From the human T2T-CHM13v2.0 reference genome, Homo sapiens: 64,000 nucleotides of DNA. The translations under genes and the position numbers were made by a program. The DNA is taken from the NCBI RefSeq assembly GCF_009914755.1, contig NC_060933.1. One strand, 5' to 3'. Shown here piece after piece: positions 34,640-52,111 of this stretch; position 1 is the first letter of the stretch, and the number at the start of each line of letters is the position of its first letter. Below the pieces are notes generated by a model. It made no database searches. It was not told the DNA's origin and saw nothing but the letters and a program-made list of their open reading frames with translations.

Positions 34640-35075
34640 GAATTCACAGTTTTTAAAAAATTCCTTGCAGTCAGTGGGATTTCAGAAGAGAACAGAGATG
34701 CGTGCATTCATTCCGGCCACCATGTTGAACCAGACCATTCCTTTTATGTTCCTCTTTCCTGTGCTTCCTTTTCTTAGAGTGTCTTTGATCTCTTCTCTGT
34801 TTAATCAAACCAGAATAATCTTTCACAGTGCAGTTAAACTATTCCTCTCTCCCATTTACTGCCCACTCCTCATTTACAGAAACTTTGATTCAGCACTGGC
34901 TGTGGGCTAGTTAATGTGCTTGGCATTGAGGTGACCCAGATAGAAAGACACACAGCTCCTATTCTTGAGTCTAGATTACTGTTTAGAGGGGAGGCTGTTC
35001 AGGGAATGAGCATTTATTAGGCAGTTGGATCATGGAATTAATTGAGGTAAGTGACTGACAGTATGGGAGGATTGC

Positions 35076-35392
35076 TGCTTTGGTCAGAATGTTTATGTCC
35101 CCCCAAAATGCATATGTTGAAACCCTAACCTCCAATGTGATAGTATTGGGAGGTGATTAGGTCATGGGGGTGGAGGCCTCATGCATGGGATAAGTTTCCT
35201 TATAAAGAGACCTCAGAGAGCTAGCTTGTTCCTTTCACTGTGTGAGGATACAGTGAGAAGGCACCATCTGTGAACAAGGAAAAGGGCCCTCCTCAGATTC
35301 TGAGCATGCCAGCACCCTGATCTGGGACCCCCACCACGGTGAGAAATAAATTTCTAATGTTTAATTTGTTATAGCAGCCTGAACTATCTAAC
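35076..35392 (+). mobile_element. MLT1A-like MaLR LTR within L2 remnants
   Basis: GAATGTTTATGTCCCCCCAAAATGCATATGTTGAAACCCTAA...GTGAGAAATAAATTTCT...TTGTTATAGCAGCC. Confidence 0.85.
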
Positions 35393-36928
35393 CCATGTCT
35401 GCCTGAAAGAGTCACAAAGACTTCCTTGAAGGAGGTGGCATTTGGGTGAACCCTAAGAAGGTGTTTTAAGCAGAGAGACCAGCATGAAATCACAACAGGA
35501 CTATGAGAGAAAGCATGAACCCTGGTTCATTCCCTAGCTCAGTGTTACACAATGTCAAAGCCATTTCCTTCCTTTGCACTCCCACTGTCATTTTAAAATT
35601 TATTACTTTACCATTTCTATGTGTGAAACACAAAGGTTGCCAAGTCCTCTGGTCTCTGTTTCTTTAATATTCAAACACAATCCTCCAAATACATTTTCTA
35701 AGATTTTCACATCCCAGAGGCAAAAAAGGGTCCTGTCTGTCTTGTGTGCCCCAAGCGTTGACCCAGTCCAGTCCTTTTTTTTCTTCCTGTCCCACAGCAC
35801 TCTCTAGAGGATTGCTGTGTTATAGACTTTTACTGAAGGCTTGAGAACAGAGGGGCACATGGCTCAGTCTTCTCTTTTTCTTGGGGCCTCTGCCCGCTGC
35901 CACATTGCAGGGGCTCATTCTCCCTTCTGTGTAACTTCTTTCCATTTCTTTTCTTCCCTGAGTTCCAAGTGCCCCCTATCCTTCCTTTTGAGTTTGTGGG
36001 GGAAACCAACAAAATTTAATTTCAGTTTTTCTTATTGAAATTGTTTCCACCTGTGGGTTTCTACAGGCTCATTTTCCTCAATTAAGCAAATTTTCCCCAC
36101 CATCTTTTTGCTGTGGATGTGTCAGCCTTCTCTGCCAAATATAAGCCCCCTGAGGTTGGGGAGCTTGCTTATTTGTGTTTATATAACCAAGCATAATGTT
36201 TCACTCATAGTCATGACTCCAATAAATCATTCTCCATGTATTGCTGAAGGCTCAGGGTTTTGCAAAAATCCAATTGCATTTAATTCCCAAATGGCAGTTT
36301 CTTCATCCTCCGTGCAAGCCCATTTGATTCTTAAGCTGCTCCTCATTGAGATTCTTCCAGTCAAAGACAAATGATGGTGGTAAATACAGCAGGAGACCTG
36401 AGACTTCATCTGCTGGAGCCCTGGGCTTCCTTTTCCTGTAGCATCCACAATAGTCACAGGAGGCAGTTTGAGCATCTGCCCTCTTCCTACCATCAGGGGT
36501 GCATCTGCACTGGGCAAAGAAACTTCACCTATCAAGGGCCCCCGCAGAGGTCAAGAGTCTCAAGTGAGATGGTGTTGAAGTTTTGTGTGCATGTGAGTGA
36601 GGCAGTGGTAAAGGGGTGGTCACTGGTATGGATGCCCTTTTCCTCAGGGACTGAAAGATTATGGGACCTTCACCTCTGCTCTGTTTCTGTGTGATATTTT
36701 GTTCTTACAAGAGGCTGGAGGGATTTTAAATTTTCCTTTCACTATTCATTGATCAGTGGCACCAGTATTCGATCTGGCCAGTTCTACAAAGGATCCTTTG
36801 GTTGACTGGGGTTGGCTGGTGGCTCTTCTCATGAAGAGTACTAATGATAGTTTCTGGTTGTAAGTCCTGACAAGTTTCATGGTGGGTGGAGTGGTCTCCT
36901 TAACCGTATTTGTTATTGGTGGGTTTTC

Positions 36929-37551
36929 TTTTTTTTTTTTTTTAATTTTATTATTATTATACTTCAAGTTTTAGGGTACATGTGCACAACGTGCAGGTTA
37001 GTTACATATGTATACATGTGCCATGCTGGTGTGCTGCACCCATTAACTCATCATTTAGCATTAGGCATATCTCCTAATGCTATCCCTCCGCCCTACCCCC
37101 TCCCCACAACAGTCCCCAGAGTGTGATGTTCCCCTTCCTGTGTCCATGTGTTCTCATTGTTCAATTCCCATCTATGAGTGAGAACATGGGGTGTTTGGTC
37201 TTTTGTCCTTGAGATAGTTTACTGAGAATGATGATTTCCAATTTCATCCATGTCCCTACAAAGGACATGAACTCATTTTTTATGGCTGCATAGTATTCCA
37301 TGGTGTATATGTGCCACATTTTCTTAATCCAGTCTATCATGGTTGGACATTTGGGTTGGTTCCAAGTCTTAGCTATTGTGAATAGTGCAGCAATAAACAT
37401 ATGTGTGCATGTGTCTTTATAGCAGCATGATTTATAGTCCTTTGGGTATATACCCAGTAATGGGATGGCTGGGTCAAATGGTATTTCTAGTTCTAAATCC
37501 CTGAGGAATCGCCACACTGACTTCCACAATGGTTGAACTAGTTTACAGTCC
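36929..37551 (-). mobile_element. 5'-truncated L1PA (L1PA3-like) LINE-1
   Basis: Poly(T), L1 3'UTR and end of ORF2; perfect TSD TATTGGTGGGTTTTC at 36914-36928 and 37552-37566. Confidence 0.96.
37161..37529 (-). pseudogene. L1 ORF2p C-terminal remnant
   Basis: WRFLRDLELEIPFDPAIPLLGIYPKDYKSCCYKDTCT...MFSLIDGN is the L1 ORF2p C-terminus; no promoter, endonuclease or RT. Confidence 0.92.
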
Positions 37552-38024
37552 TATTGGTGGGTTTTCAAATCAATAATCGCCCATCCAAATGACATGGTAA
37601 TAATGATTACTTGTAGGTATTTTTCTGTTGAAGATAAAGTTTTATATTGTCCTTTCCCTTCAGATTAGCTGCTGTATGCATTTTGAAGAAAATAACTCTT
37701 AGAAATAGAAAACTTGATAAAATTCTTGAATCACAAGCAGTATGACAATTCTGAGATATTTTCTTTCATTCCTATAGGATATATTTTAACTTCCTAGAAG
37801 GGGTTTAGATTTCTAAAGTCTATAAATTTTTTCTTCTTCAGAGGCTAGAAAAATACAACTTCTGTTTGCACAGCCATATGTTACCTAGATTTTTGAGGGC
37901 AAGCTGGAGATATGCTTGGTACATAGGCATTCTTGTGGGAAGTGATCCCCATGCCTGACTGTGTGTTCCCACTGTTCTTTGGACTGAGGAAGTTGATTTG
38001 AATTTCCCAGATGTGCTCAACTCT

Positions 38025-38756
38025 TGTAATCATCTGATGGGTTCGTCCTGACAGGTGCACAGACAAAACCAATTCACTGAGACTGTGGTAGTGAAGTAAA
38101 GAAGAGATTAATTGACATTGAAGTTGACCATGTGGAAAACTGGCATTATCACTCAAATCAGTCTCCCTGAAGGATTGAAAGTTAGGATTTTTCAGGGATG
38201 ATTTGGTGGGCATGGGACTAGGGAATGGGTGCTGCTGATTGGCTGGGGAATGCAATCATAGGGGTGTGGAAAATGGCCCTTGTGCACTGAGGTTGCCTTG
38301 GGGTGGTTGGGGGGTGGGTACCACAGGACCCGTTGAGTCATGAATCATGAATCCAGGTTGGGTCAGTCTGAAAATATCTCAAAAGACCAATCGTAGGTTC
38401 TACAATAGTGATGTTATCTATAGGAGCAACTGGGGAAGTCAAAAATTTTGTGACCTCTGGCCACATGACTCCTGAGCAGTAAGGAATTATCAAAACTATG
38501 CCTACATTTTAGCAAAAAACATTTTCTTATGTTTTTTCATTAGTCTTACAAGGACAATTTCACTCCCCAACACAGAAGGAATCAGTTTTAGGGAGGGGCT
38601 ATTATCATCCTTTCTTCAAAGTTAAACTATTAACTAAATTCCTCCCTGACTTACAGCCAGGAATGAGAAGCCAGGCATCCTGTGAGGCTAGAGGCAATAT
38701 GGAGGAAGCCATGCTAGGCTTCTCTCACTGTCTTAATCTTTGCAAAAGCAGTTTCA
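38025..38756 (-). mobile_element. LTR8A/B-like solo LTR (ERV1)
   Basis: Minus strand starts TGAAACTGCTTTTGCAAAGATTA, ends GATTACA; similar to 15528-16837. Confidence 0.85.
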
Positions 38757-39061
38757 TGCTGGTGGGAGAAAACAGGTTTCTGGTTGAATTGGCACCTTTT
38801 CTCAACTGAGTGAATGAAGTCTTCTCAATGTTGGCTTCCAGTCAAGTAATGAGGCAATTTATTCAAATAGTAAGCCAGCTTGAAAGTGGAAGAAATGATG
38901 TTAAATTATAGCAATATCTACACAACTTAAAATTTCCCTTTCATGAAATATTAGCAGGTATATAAAATTTACTATGGAGTAACTGGGAGATTCCCCTTCT
39001 CATGAGTTCTTTGTTTTGAGATAAATAACAGCAGTAGGAATAGAGAAGGTAGGAAGGTTGG

Positions 39062-39695
<634 letters not shown>

Positions 39696-39961
39696 GGGGG
39701 AGCATCACAGCAGATAAAGCTAGAGTTTTTGCAGGAGACAGAAGGAAATGGAAAGGGGAGTCTGATCCCTGAGGTGGACTATCAAGATATGGTGAGGAGG
39801 CAGGAGGGGAATTGAGTATATTGACATTGGACCGATACTTCTGAGACTGGAGAGAAATGAAAAAAAATCTACTCATCTGGATGCATAAATCAATTAATGT
39901 TATCTGTTAAATCTATTAAATTAATTAATTGTTTTCTATTAAAAAAATCCATGCATTTCTA

Positions 39962-40342
<381 letters not shown>

Positions 40343-41479
40343 TTAGCCTATAGCCTATAGCTGCCTCTTAGCCTTAGCCTGTGCTTGTTCCAAACAAGCA
40401 CAGTGAATCTTATTGAAACTTGAAGAAAGGAGAACTTAATAAATATCAATGGATCCAAGAGATAGGGAATGAAGATTAATTGTAGAGAGGCCGTTATTGT
40501 TAATTCAAGACATGTAAAAATGTTATTGACTACAATGTGCTGGCTAGCTTTATCATTGTAGATTAGTACACTTAAAAATATTTATAAAAGATTCACTCAG
40601 GACCATATTCCCTCAATCTTGATTTTCTCAAAAGGTCTTACTGTTCTACAGCTAGGAATTGTCCTACCCGGAAGATTTTTCAGGAATCCAACAATCTAAT
40701 TTGGGAGGGATTCTGCTATTAGTTCCTACATGTAAAAGCTGAAGCATTAAATTCCTCATTGTCTGTATGATAGAGTATGTCTAATGGAATAGTGGGAAAG
40801 ATTTATGGTTCAATTATTAATGTGTTAGCAGTGTTGATACATTTAACAAAACTCATTTCCCTTCAATAAAAGCCATTAGCTCTTTCTAAACTAAGCGCAT
40901 CAACTTTGGTAGTTTAAGTAGATGTATTCAGTAGTTGCATAATGTTGACATTTAGTGTCCTATTTAGTGTCACTCCAACTACTGCACATGTGGTTTTCTT
41001 GTCCAGTTAAAAGGAGAAAAAGACAGTGTTTTCTTCATCTTCTTTTATAATACTGCCTGAAAATGGCCTTTTAAAGTCAGAAAACATCACTTACTTGGCT
41101 GTAGATAGTCACCAAGGCTTCAGTTTTTGTAGTTGTAATGAGCGTCAAATACTGATGGGGCCTAGTAAAACCTTGCAGGCCGCCTTGTAAAACTGCCTGG
41201 ATTTCTGTTTGGATACAGAGTGGTATTGTTTCAGAAGCATATGTGCTTTTCATAAACTTTTTTTCTGGTTAAAAATTTAAAAGGGAGCTACTTGTCATGT
41301 CTTGAGCATTAACTGAAGCTATAGTAGGCCTATACAACAATCATTTAGATGCTATTAAAAGTATATGAATAATAAAACAGCTAGAGTAAGAAAAGGTTTA
41401 AAAGAGTAACTTGGCCTTGGTAGAGGCCTCTTTGCAGAAGAGCTGCTTAGCAGGTTGTTTGGTTGTATTCTGGCTGTCG

Positions 41480-41527
41480 TAGGCAATTAAATGTTATTTG
41501 ACATAGGCAATTAAATGTTATTTGACA
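41480..41527. repeat. Perfect 24-bp tandem duplication
   Basis: TAGGCAATTAAATGTTATTTGACA x2. Confidence 0.95.
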
Positions 41528-41744
41528 ATCAGGGAACTTGTACCCCTGCTTTTGGGTCTTAGTAGTAAAGGCTCTGGAACATTTCCTGGGTTGTAAATGG
41601 CAACAGAGCATAATGCAATAATATTCCTAAGAAATCACCTTGGGCTACTTAGTTTATATGAGATATTTATGAGGGCGCAAGTTTTATGAAGTTGTTTTAT
41701 TGGTAAAAGTCAAAGGCACTAATAGCCCAGGGCCATGTAAGGAA

Positions 41745-42002
41745 TTATGTGGGGTGTGGTGGAACAACTCTGGGTTTTTGGTGCAAAACAATCCCAGATC
41801 TGAACCTAAGTTCTGCTATTTAAGAGCTTTGCAATCTAGGACAAATTATTTAAGTTCTCTGAGTCTTAAATCCTGCTTTTATAAAATGGGTTTAGTACTA
41901 ATAGCTATTGTGAAAATTTACTGAGAGAATTACTGAAGATAACGTGTATAAGGTACAGAGCACATCTCTGGTAACATATTTGGTGCCTAAGAATGTTAGT
42001 TC
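41745..42002 (+). mobile_element. MIR, near full length
   Basis: GGACAAATTATTTAAGTTCTCTGAGTCTTAAATCCTGCTTTTATAAAATGGG core. Confidence 0.7.
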
Positions 42003-42036
42003 CTTTTTCTCCTTGTTATTTGAAGATTATTAGTGA

Positions 42037-42341
<305 letters not shown>

Positions 42342-42421
42342 TGATGTGATAGTATTACTGTTTAGTGGAAATCTTTTTTTTTTTTTTTTTTATAGCTGTG
42401 AAACAGCACAATAAATGGTCA

Positions 42422-42760
<339 letters not shown>

Positions 42761-43079
42761 AAAGACACAGATCTCCATGAGTACCCCCAAATGCCCCCAA
42801 CATTATCCCTTTCTTCTTCCCCAAAATAGTCATAATCCGACTTCTCACACCATTAATGAGTTTTGTCTGTTTTTAATCTTATGTAAATTGAAATACACTA
42901 TTTTTATGACTGGCTTCTTTTACTCAACAGTTTTTATAAGATTCATCCATATTGTTGCCTATAGCAGTACTTCATTCACATTTCTGCATTGAATTTCATT
43001 ATATGAGTATTATTTGTTCGTCTATTATTGATGGATATTTTGGAAGTTTCTGGTCTTGCCTAATAAAAATAGTGCCGTG

Positions 43080-43244
43080 GGCCAGGCATGACATTGTGCA
43101 CCTGTAGTCCCAGCTAGTCAGGAGGTTGAGGCAAGAGGATCTCTTGAGCCCAGCATTTTGAGGCTATAGTGTGCCATAATCACACATGTGAATAGCCCTT
43201 ACACTCCAGCCTGGGCAACATAGTGAGACCCTGTCTCTGGAAAA
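43080..43244 (+). mobile_element. Alu monomer (FRAM/FAM-like)
   Basis: Single right-type arm; flanking TAGTGC repeat. Confidence 0.85.
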
Positions 43245-44587
43245 CAGTAGTGCTGCTATGAAAACATCTCTTTCCATGAATACATACATGTATTTCTGTT
43301 AGAGATATACCTTGTAGTGGAATTGCTGACTTATAGGGAAGGCATGTGCTCAACTTTATTTTACATTGATTGATTTATTGTGCTGAATTTGAGTAGGGAC
43401 TTCTAAACAGTTTTCCAAAGTGGTTGTACCAGGTAGTAGACAAACTTTGTATCGAGAGTTCTAGTCATACTTTGTGCCACACTTGGTATAGTCAGTCTTT
43501 TTAATTTTAGATAGGCAGGTAGTGGTATCTCATTGTGATTTTGAACACTTTGCCCTAATGTGATCTGAAATCTTGATTGTAAGAAATGGACCCTAGAGCC
43601 ACTTTGGTGTGGAATGTAGCTTGTCCTCTAATCTTACTGACAAAGGAACCAAGGAAGATAGATGCTGGTACTGAGAATTTATGATTTTTAGGAAAATGAA
43701 TAAATCTCTTGGTGATAATATGAGAATCTAAGGCCATATGAGCTGCAGTAAAAACTGGAGGTCCCTGAAGGTGGTCACAGCCTGAATCTTTCTTGAGAAT
43801 CATGATGATATTTATTTAAGATGCACTAAGATTTTGAATTACCTGCTTGGCTCCACCCTCTTCCTTGCCCAACCTCTGTATGTTCAAAGCAGATCTGGAG
43901 ACTTAACAGAACATTAAAGTGGATTAAAAGTAGCCTATTGTCCAGCAGAAGGCTGAGGGGTCGATGAAGGGCAGGGAGGATCACTGGGTGGCTTCATAGC
44001 CTCTCCCCTCCTGCACACACCTCCACTGCACTCCTTCCATCAAGAGGAGTCACCAGGGCACTTAGACTGGATTTAATCACTGTCTGATGGGACTGACTTT
44101 ACTCAGTTGAATTAAACAAACAAAAAAACCCTAAGTTTTGTGAATGTGTTTTGTTGTTTACAAGTATTTTATTTGCACATCAAATTAATATGACCATAGA
44201 AAAATGTTAATGGCATCATTTTTCTATGCAATCAAAAGATGCATATAAACATATTGTACATCTTTAGTGATTAGTGTAACCAGCTCCCTATGTTAGACAT
44301 TTAACTTGTTTAGTTTTCCTCTAGAAGAAACTAGAAACATCTTTTAAAGTTAATTCTGTATGTACAAGTGTAATTTTTAAAAACCTTTATTATGAAAAAT
44401 TTCAAACATATGCAAAAGTAGAAGGAATAGGGAACAAATCTCCACAAATGCATGAATTTAGTTTCAACAGTGATGGTTCATCTCATCTATACTGTCCCAT
44501 TATGCCCTGCCAAGTATCTCGAAGCAAATTCCAGGCATCACATCATTTGAACCTTAGTTCGAACTAGTGTGCACTTCTAAAAAAAAA

Positions 44588-44725
44588 TCTTCTTCCTCTC
44601 CTCCTCCTTCTACTCCTCCATCTTCTTCTTCCTCCTTCTTCCTCTTCCTCTTCATCTTCTCCTCCTCCCCCTCCTCTTTCTCCCCTTCATCTCCTTCTCC
44701 TTCTTATTCTATTTTTTCCCCCCTC
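44588..44725. repeat. (CCT/CTT)n low-complexity pyrimidine tract
   Basis: Degenerate trinucleotide repeat next to an Alu tail. Confidence 0.9.
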
Positions 44726-44726
44726 C

Positions 44727-44883
44727 AAAGAGACAAGGTCTTGCTCTGTTGCCCAGGCTGGAATGCAGTAGCACAATCACAGCTCACTTCAGCCTCGAAT
44801 TCCTGGGTTCAAGTGATCCTCCTGCCTTAGCCTTCCAAGTAACTAGGACTGTAGGTGCATGCCACCATGCCCAGTTAATTTTC
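44727..44883 (-). mobile_element. Alu right arm (AluJ/FRAM-like)
   Basis: Single reverse right arm. Confidence 0.85.
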
Positions 44884-44969
44884 TTAAAATTAAGAATTCT
44901 TTATACAAACTGTGATAGTTTCTCATGTTTAAACCATATGTGTATTGTAGAAAAAAGTGGGAAGACTAG

Positions 44970-45338
<369 letters not shown>

Positions 45339-45340
45339 TA

Positions 45341-45722
<382 letters not shown>

Positions 45723-46051
45723 TTATCTCACAGTTTCCATGGGCCAGGAGTCCAGGCACAGCTTAGTGGAGTGTCTGCTTCAGGGTCTCAGAAAGCAGTG
45801 ATCAAGGTGTTGGCCAGAGCTGCAGTCTCATTCAAGGCATGGGGTCCTCCTTTAAGCTCACCTGGCTGTTGGCAGAATTCAGAAGCTACTCATAGTTCCC
45901 ACCACACAGCCCTCTCAATAGACCCCATCACAACACACAGCTTGCTTCTTCCAGCTAACAAGGGAGAGAAGTCTCCGACGTCAGGCAAGGTCCAGTCTCT
46001 CTTTTAAGAACTTTCACTTGATTAAGTCAGGCCCAACCAGGATAATCACTC

Positions 46052-46320
46052 TTTTTTTTTTTTTTTGAGACAGAGTCTTGATCTGTCACTGAGGCTGGAG
46101 GGCAGTGGCACGATCATAGCTCACTGCAGCCTCAAACTCCTGGGCTCAAGTGATCCTCCTGCTCCAGTCTCCCAAGAAGCTGGGACTGTGGGCGCTTGCC
46201 ACCACACTTGGCTGATTTTTGTCTTGTTTTGTGATTTTTAGTGGACACAAGGTCCCTCTATGTTGTCCTGGCTGGTCTCAAGCTCCTGAGCTCAAGCGAT
46301 CCTCCCACCTCAGCCTTCCA
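46052..46320 (-). mobile_element. Alu SINE (AluJ-like), 5'-truncated
   Basis: Diverged reverse Alu. Confidence 0.9.
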
Positions 46321-46519
46321 CATTCTTTTGATTAAATAAAAATCACTGATGTGGGACCTTAATTATACCTGCAAAATCCTTTTACTTTTCCTATATTCTG
46401 TTGTGTAGATGTCAGTCACAGGTCCTACTTGTACTGAAGGGGTGGAGACTACACAAAGGCATTAGCAATAACCAAGAAGCAAATAATATCCGAAATTCTA
46501 TCCTACTACTAATTTAGGG

Positions 46520-47099
<580 letters not shown>

Positions 47100-47160
47100 T
47101 TATAACCTACTGGGTTGGTATCAACTCTTATGGGCACTAGATGAAAATGATATCTAAAAG

Positions 47161-47477
<317 letters not shown>

Positions 47478-47561
47478 CAATATATTTCTTGTAGAGCTTG
47501 CCTTGAGAGCATTATTGATTCCCTCTCTTAATAATTCCTAATTCCTACCATAAAGGTGAAC

Positions 47562-47872
<311 letters not shown>

Positions 47873-48194
47873 TGAATAACTTTTTTTGAAACTTAGTGCC
47901 AACAGAAAATTTGCTTCCCCTGACTAACTGATTTTTTAATTCTATTACAAAAATTCTATAACTCACCATATATCTCTTTGTATTTTGGCTTCCAGGAAGC
48001 TCAGAGTCTAAGTGAAACCTGATTATGGAACTATAAAGACCTGAGAGTTTGCATATTATTCTTATCTGCCCAGGCATGCTATTTTATCCTTACTTTAATT
48101 CACTGTGTTTCTCCACTATTATTTTATTGTGTAAACAAACTCCTTTGTGGAATAACATAGAGTAAAAATATAAACTTCTGTTCATTGAACTAGA

Positions 48195-48645
48195 AGGAAG
48201 CACTGAATTTATATGCATAATAGCTCCAAATTAGAAACAGCCCAAATGTACATTAAGAGGAGAATTAATATATTGTGGTATAATCATATGATGGAATTTT
48301 ATATAGCAACAAAAAAGACCAACTACTGATACATGCTACAGTGTGGAAGAACCTCATTGATACTGTGCTGAGCAGAAGAAGTCAGGCACAAAAGAGTAGA
48401 GATGGCATGGTTCTATTTAAGTCCAAGGGCCCATAACATGAATCAGAATTGGTGAAAGTCAGGTGATTGCCTTGGAAAGGGATGATTTCTTGGTCAGTGT
48501 CAAGAGGAAACCTTGTGAGGTGCTAGAAATATCCTGTATCTTGAACAGAGCTGGTATGGAGTGTATACCCATGTTAAAAAAAATTACTAAAGTGTAAACT
48601 TAGGATTAGTACACATTATGCATTTTGCTTTGTGTATATATATCC
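48195..48645 (+). mobile_element. Ancient L1M 3' region
   Basis: ATAATAGCTCCAAATTAGAAACAGCCCAAATGT...ACTACTGATACATGCTACA...AGAAGTCAGGCACAAAAGAGTA. Confidence 0.8.
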
Positions 48646-49872
48646 TCCCCATGAAAGAGAACTACTTAAAATATAGTTTCTTGCTCATTTCCCTTCTATG
48701 TTTATGCAAAAGCGTCTATTGGGAAAAAACTTTAAAACCAACAATCTCAAAAGTGTGTAACTTTTAAAATTTCTGAAGTTCATAAGTTAGCAGCAATTGT
48801 ACACTTTTATTACACTACCTCTTAAGTGCATAGCTGAAAATATATGTAAAGATAGCTTCTGAACCACAACAAAAGAGTCAAAGCCTATGGTTGTACTATT
48901 TGTTCCCTTCATAATGTGGCTGAGAGGGAGAGTGGGAGTTGGAGTTGGCTTTAGGCCACTTGCCAAGCTCAGCCCCTGAAGGCAGTGGCTGTCTATAGTG
49001 GCATCTTTTATAATTTGCACAAAAATACTTTTTCTAATTTGCACTTCAAGGCACAGGTCTGTAGCAGCCCTGCACAAAGATGATACTTATGGTATAATGT
49101 TAATTTTTAGGACTAACTGTATTTGGTCATCTTTAGAATGGAAGCCAGCCTCTGCTTGGGTCTTTGCAATCTAAGGGATATTTTAGAAACTAGAATAGGA
49201 AGAGTCAATATCAATTTCCTCTCACTTTTGATGTCTGTATTATGCTTAGGGATGTTAAGAATACAATCTCTAGTTGGCCTAGTAAAGGCTTAATGGGGCA
49301 GAGCCACATGGAGTTTGAGGAAGAATGAATTTTTGCTGACCTAAGAGATCCATACTTTTAGCTGAGGTCTCTTGGAAAGATTGAGTTCATCTTGACTCTA
49401 AAAGTGGTCAGAGTGGCCATCACTTAGAAGAGACCATGTGAGTGGAAGGTGAAAGGAAGCATCGAATCAAATCTATCCTAGCAGAAACACAAGTGTCCAG
49501 GAAAGAAAGCAACAAGAAAAACAAAAAGCAGATTGAGATCAAAAAAGACACTTAGCATTTTTATAGATACACATTTCAGGTTGCAGTTTACCTCATCAAA
49601 CAGGTAAATGGAGACCATTAAGACCCACCTCTTACCCAGATATGTAAGACTAAAGCTAAACCATATTGAAATATTAATACACACTGCACTGCTGCTCAGT
49701 TTATACTTGCCTTTTCTCATCTGATATGAGACACACTGGAATTACAAGTAGGTTCAAAGTTTTCTCCATCACAATAAAATGGTGTGTCCGGAAATAATAA
49801 TGAAAAAGTCCAAACAATATGTTTTGGTAAGTCCAATGAAAGATTACTCATATGACTCTAGCTTAAGGTTAA

Positions 49873-50316
<444 letters not shown>

Positions 50317-51273
50317 TAATGGAGAAATAATTTTCTGCTAAAAATTTTAGATGTTAGGATCTCTTCCTTCTCCAGCAAAACAATCTGAACACACTCACCA
50401 TGATGAAAAGCCTATTGGGTTTTTGCTCCTTGAACACACTCCTGGATTTGTTGATGAACTCCAGACTTGGTCAAGTTTTCTTTGTGTCAGACCCACTTAA
50501 AATTGGCTTAAGCAGAAAATAAAATTTACCAAGAAGATCTTAGCCATGCAATCTGGGTTCCAGTTTCAGATTTCTGGGAGAGAAACTTGATTGACCCAGC
50601 TTGGGCCAGGTCCCCAGCCCTGAGGCCATTACCTATGGCTGGTGGCAGAGTCAGATGGTCCTAATGTAGCTATGGGGTTCATCTGTGGGAGTCTTAATTC
50701 TCAGCAGATACAGGTAAATGCTAGGAAGATATCTCCAAAGTTGTTCACTATAACTCAAGGATTCTCTACGCTCTCAACTCAGCCCCCACGTTGACAGTAA
50801 GTATTAAGCTGACCAGCATCCCTATTGGACACCATTCCTAATGGGGCTTGGGTTTCCACATTTCCTCTTTGTTTCTTTATCACAGAAGCCAGCCCCAGAA
50901 TCAAGTCCATGCCTGAAGTTATTGGGCAGGAAGTTATGGGGATAGAGTAGGTGGGTGACCAGTCCTAGGCTAAAACCTTTTGTGATTTTGAAAAGCATTT
51001 GTTTCTCATTGCCTAAGTGGCTATCTTTATCTGAAAATAGTTTGTTTACTTAAATTTTAAATCTTGCAAGGTGTGGTGAGATTTTGTGTTTATATGTGAA
51101 TTTAATCTTCTTTGTGGGCCCAGAATTTTAAAAACTGTTTTAAATTGAATGGAGAATGGCATGGTTCTTGAAAGCAGACTGATTGTGTTTAGCCCAGCTG
51201 GCTCTTGGTGATGGCAAGCACACATTTCCCATTTCTAAGTAGGCTTGATTCTTGACAATCACATTGACAGGGA

Positions 51274-51388
51274 CTCCCTCTTTTCTTTTCTCTTCTTTTC
51301 TTTCTCCCTTCCTTTCCCTTCACTTCCCTTCTCCTTCCTTCCTTCCTTCCTTTCCTTTCCTTTCCTTTCTCTCTCTCTCTTTCTTTCA
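51274..51388. repeat. Compound pyrimidine repeat (CTTT/CCTT/CT)
   Basis: About 115 nt, almost pure pyrimidine. Confidence 0.9.
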
Positions 51389-51702
51389 ATTCATTATGGT
51401 GGTTTATTTTGTGGAGTTCATAAAAGAACTCCAGGGACAAGATTGCTTTGACCTGTAGAGCTCAGATGTTTTCTAAACCTTTGATTTCTACTTTTTAATC
51501 TTAAAATGCAGTCTAGATTTCTGTAGCACTTTTGCCTGTTTTGCTCATGAGAAGACCTCCCTGGTTGATGTTCCTAGGATACAGCTAGCATGGGTTCACT
51601 TTTGTCTACTTCTTCAGTGCCTGTGGTTGACCAGGCATTTTACTGGATATAAAACAGTAAGAAGTCTCTGGTCAGAAAAGATACCCGTGAGAGTTGAGTG
51701 TA

Positions 51703-52068
51703 TGTCTTAGTCTGTTCAGGTTGCTATAGCAAAATACCACAGACCCAGGTGGCTTATAAACAATAGAGCTTTATTTCTCCTAGTTCTGGAGTCTGGGAAG
51801 TCCAAGGTCAGGGCACTGGCAGGTTTGGTGTCTGGTGAGGGCCCACTTTCTGGCTCATAGACAATGACTTCTTGCTGTGTTCTCGTTGGAGAAAAAGAGA
51901 GAGCCTCCCTCTTGGGTCTTTTTTATAAGGGCACTAATCCCATTCATGAGGGCTCCACCCTTATGACCTCAGCACATCCCAAAGTCCCCACTGCCTAATA
52001 CCATCACCTTGGAGGAAAGGATTTCAACATAGGAATTTGGGGGGGACACAAACATTCAGGTCATAGTG
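51703..52068 (-). mobile_element. MLT1A0-like MaLR solo LTR
   Basis: TGTCTTAGTCTGTTCAGG...ATAAGGGCACTAATCCCATTCATGAGGGCTCCACCC...GGGGACACAAACATTCAG. Confidence 0.9.
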
Positions 52069-52111
52069 AGATGTAAATGCATCAGTGCCCTATTCTAGGA
52101 GAAGAACTGCA

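Noticed and set aside
37161-37529. L1 ORF2 frame as a functional CDS
   Set aside because: Only the C-terminal tail of a 5'-truncated L1; no promoter, endonuclease or RT.
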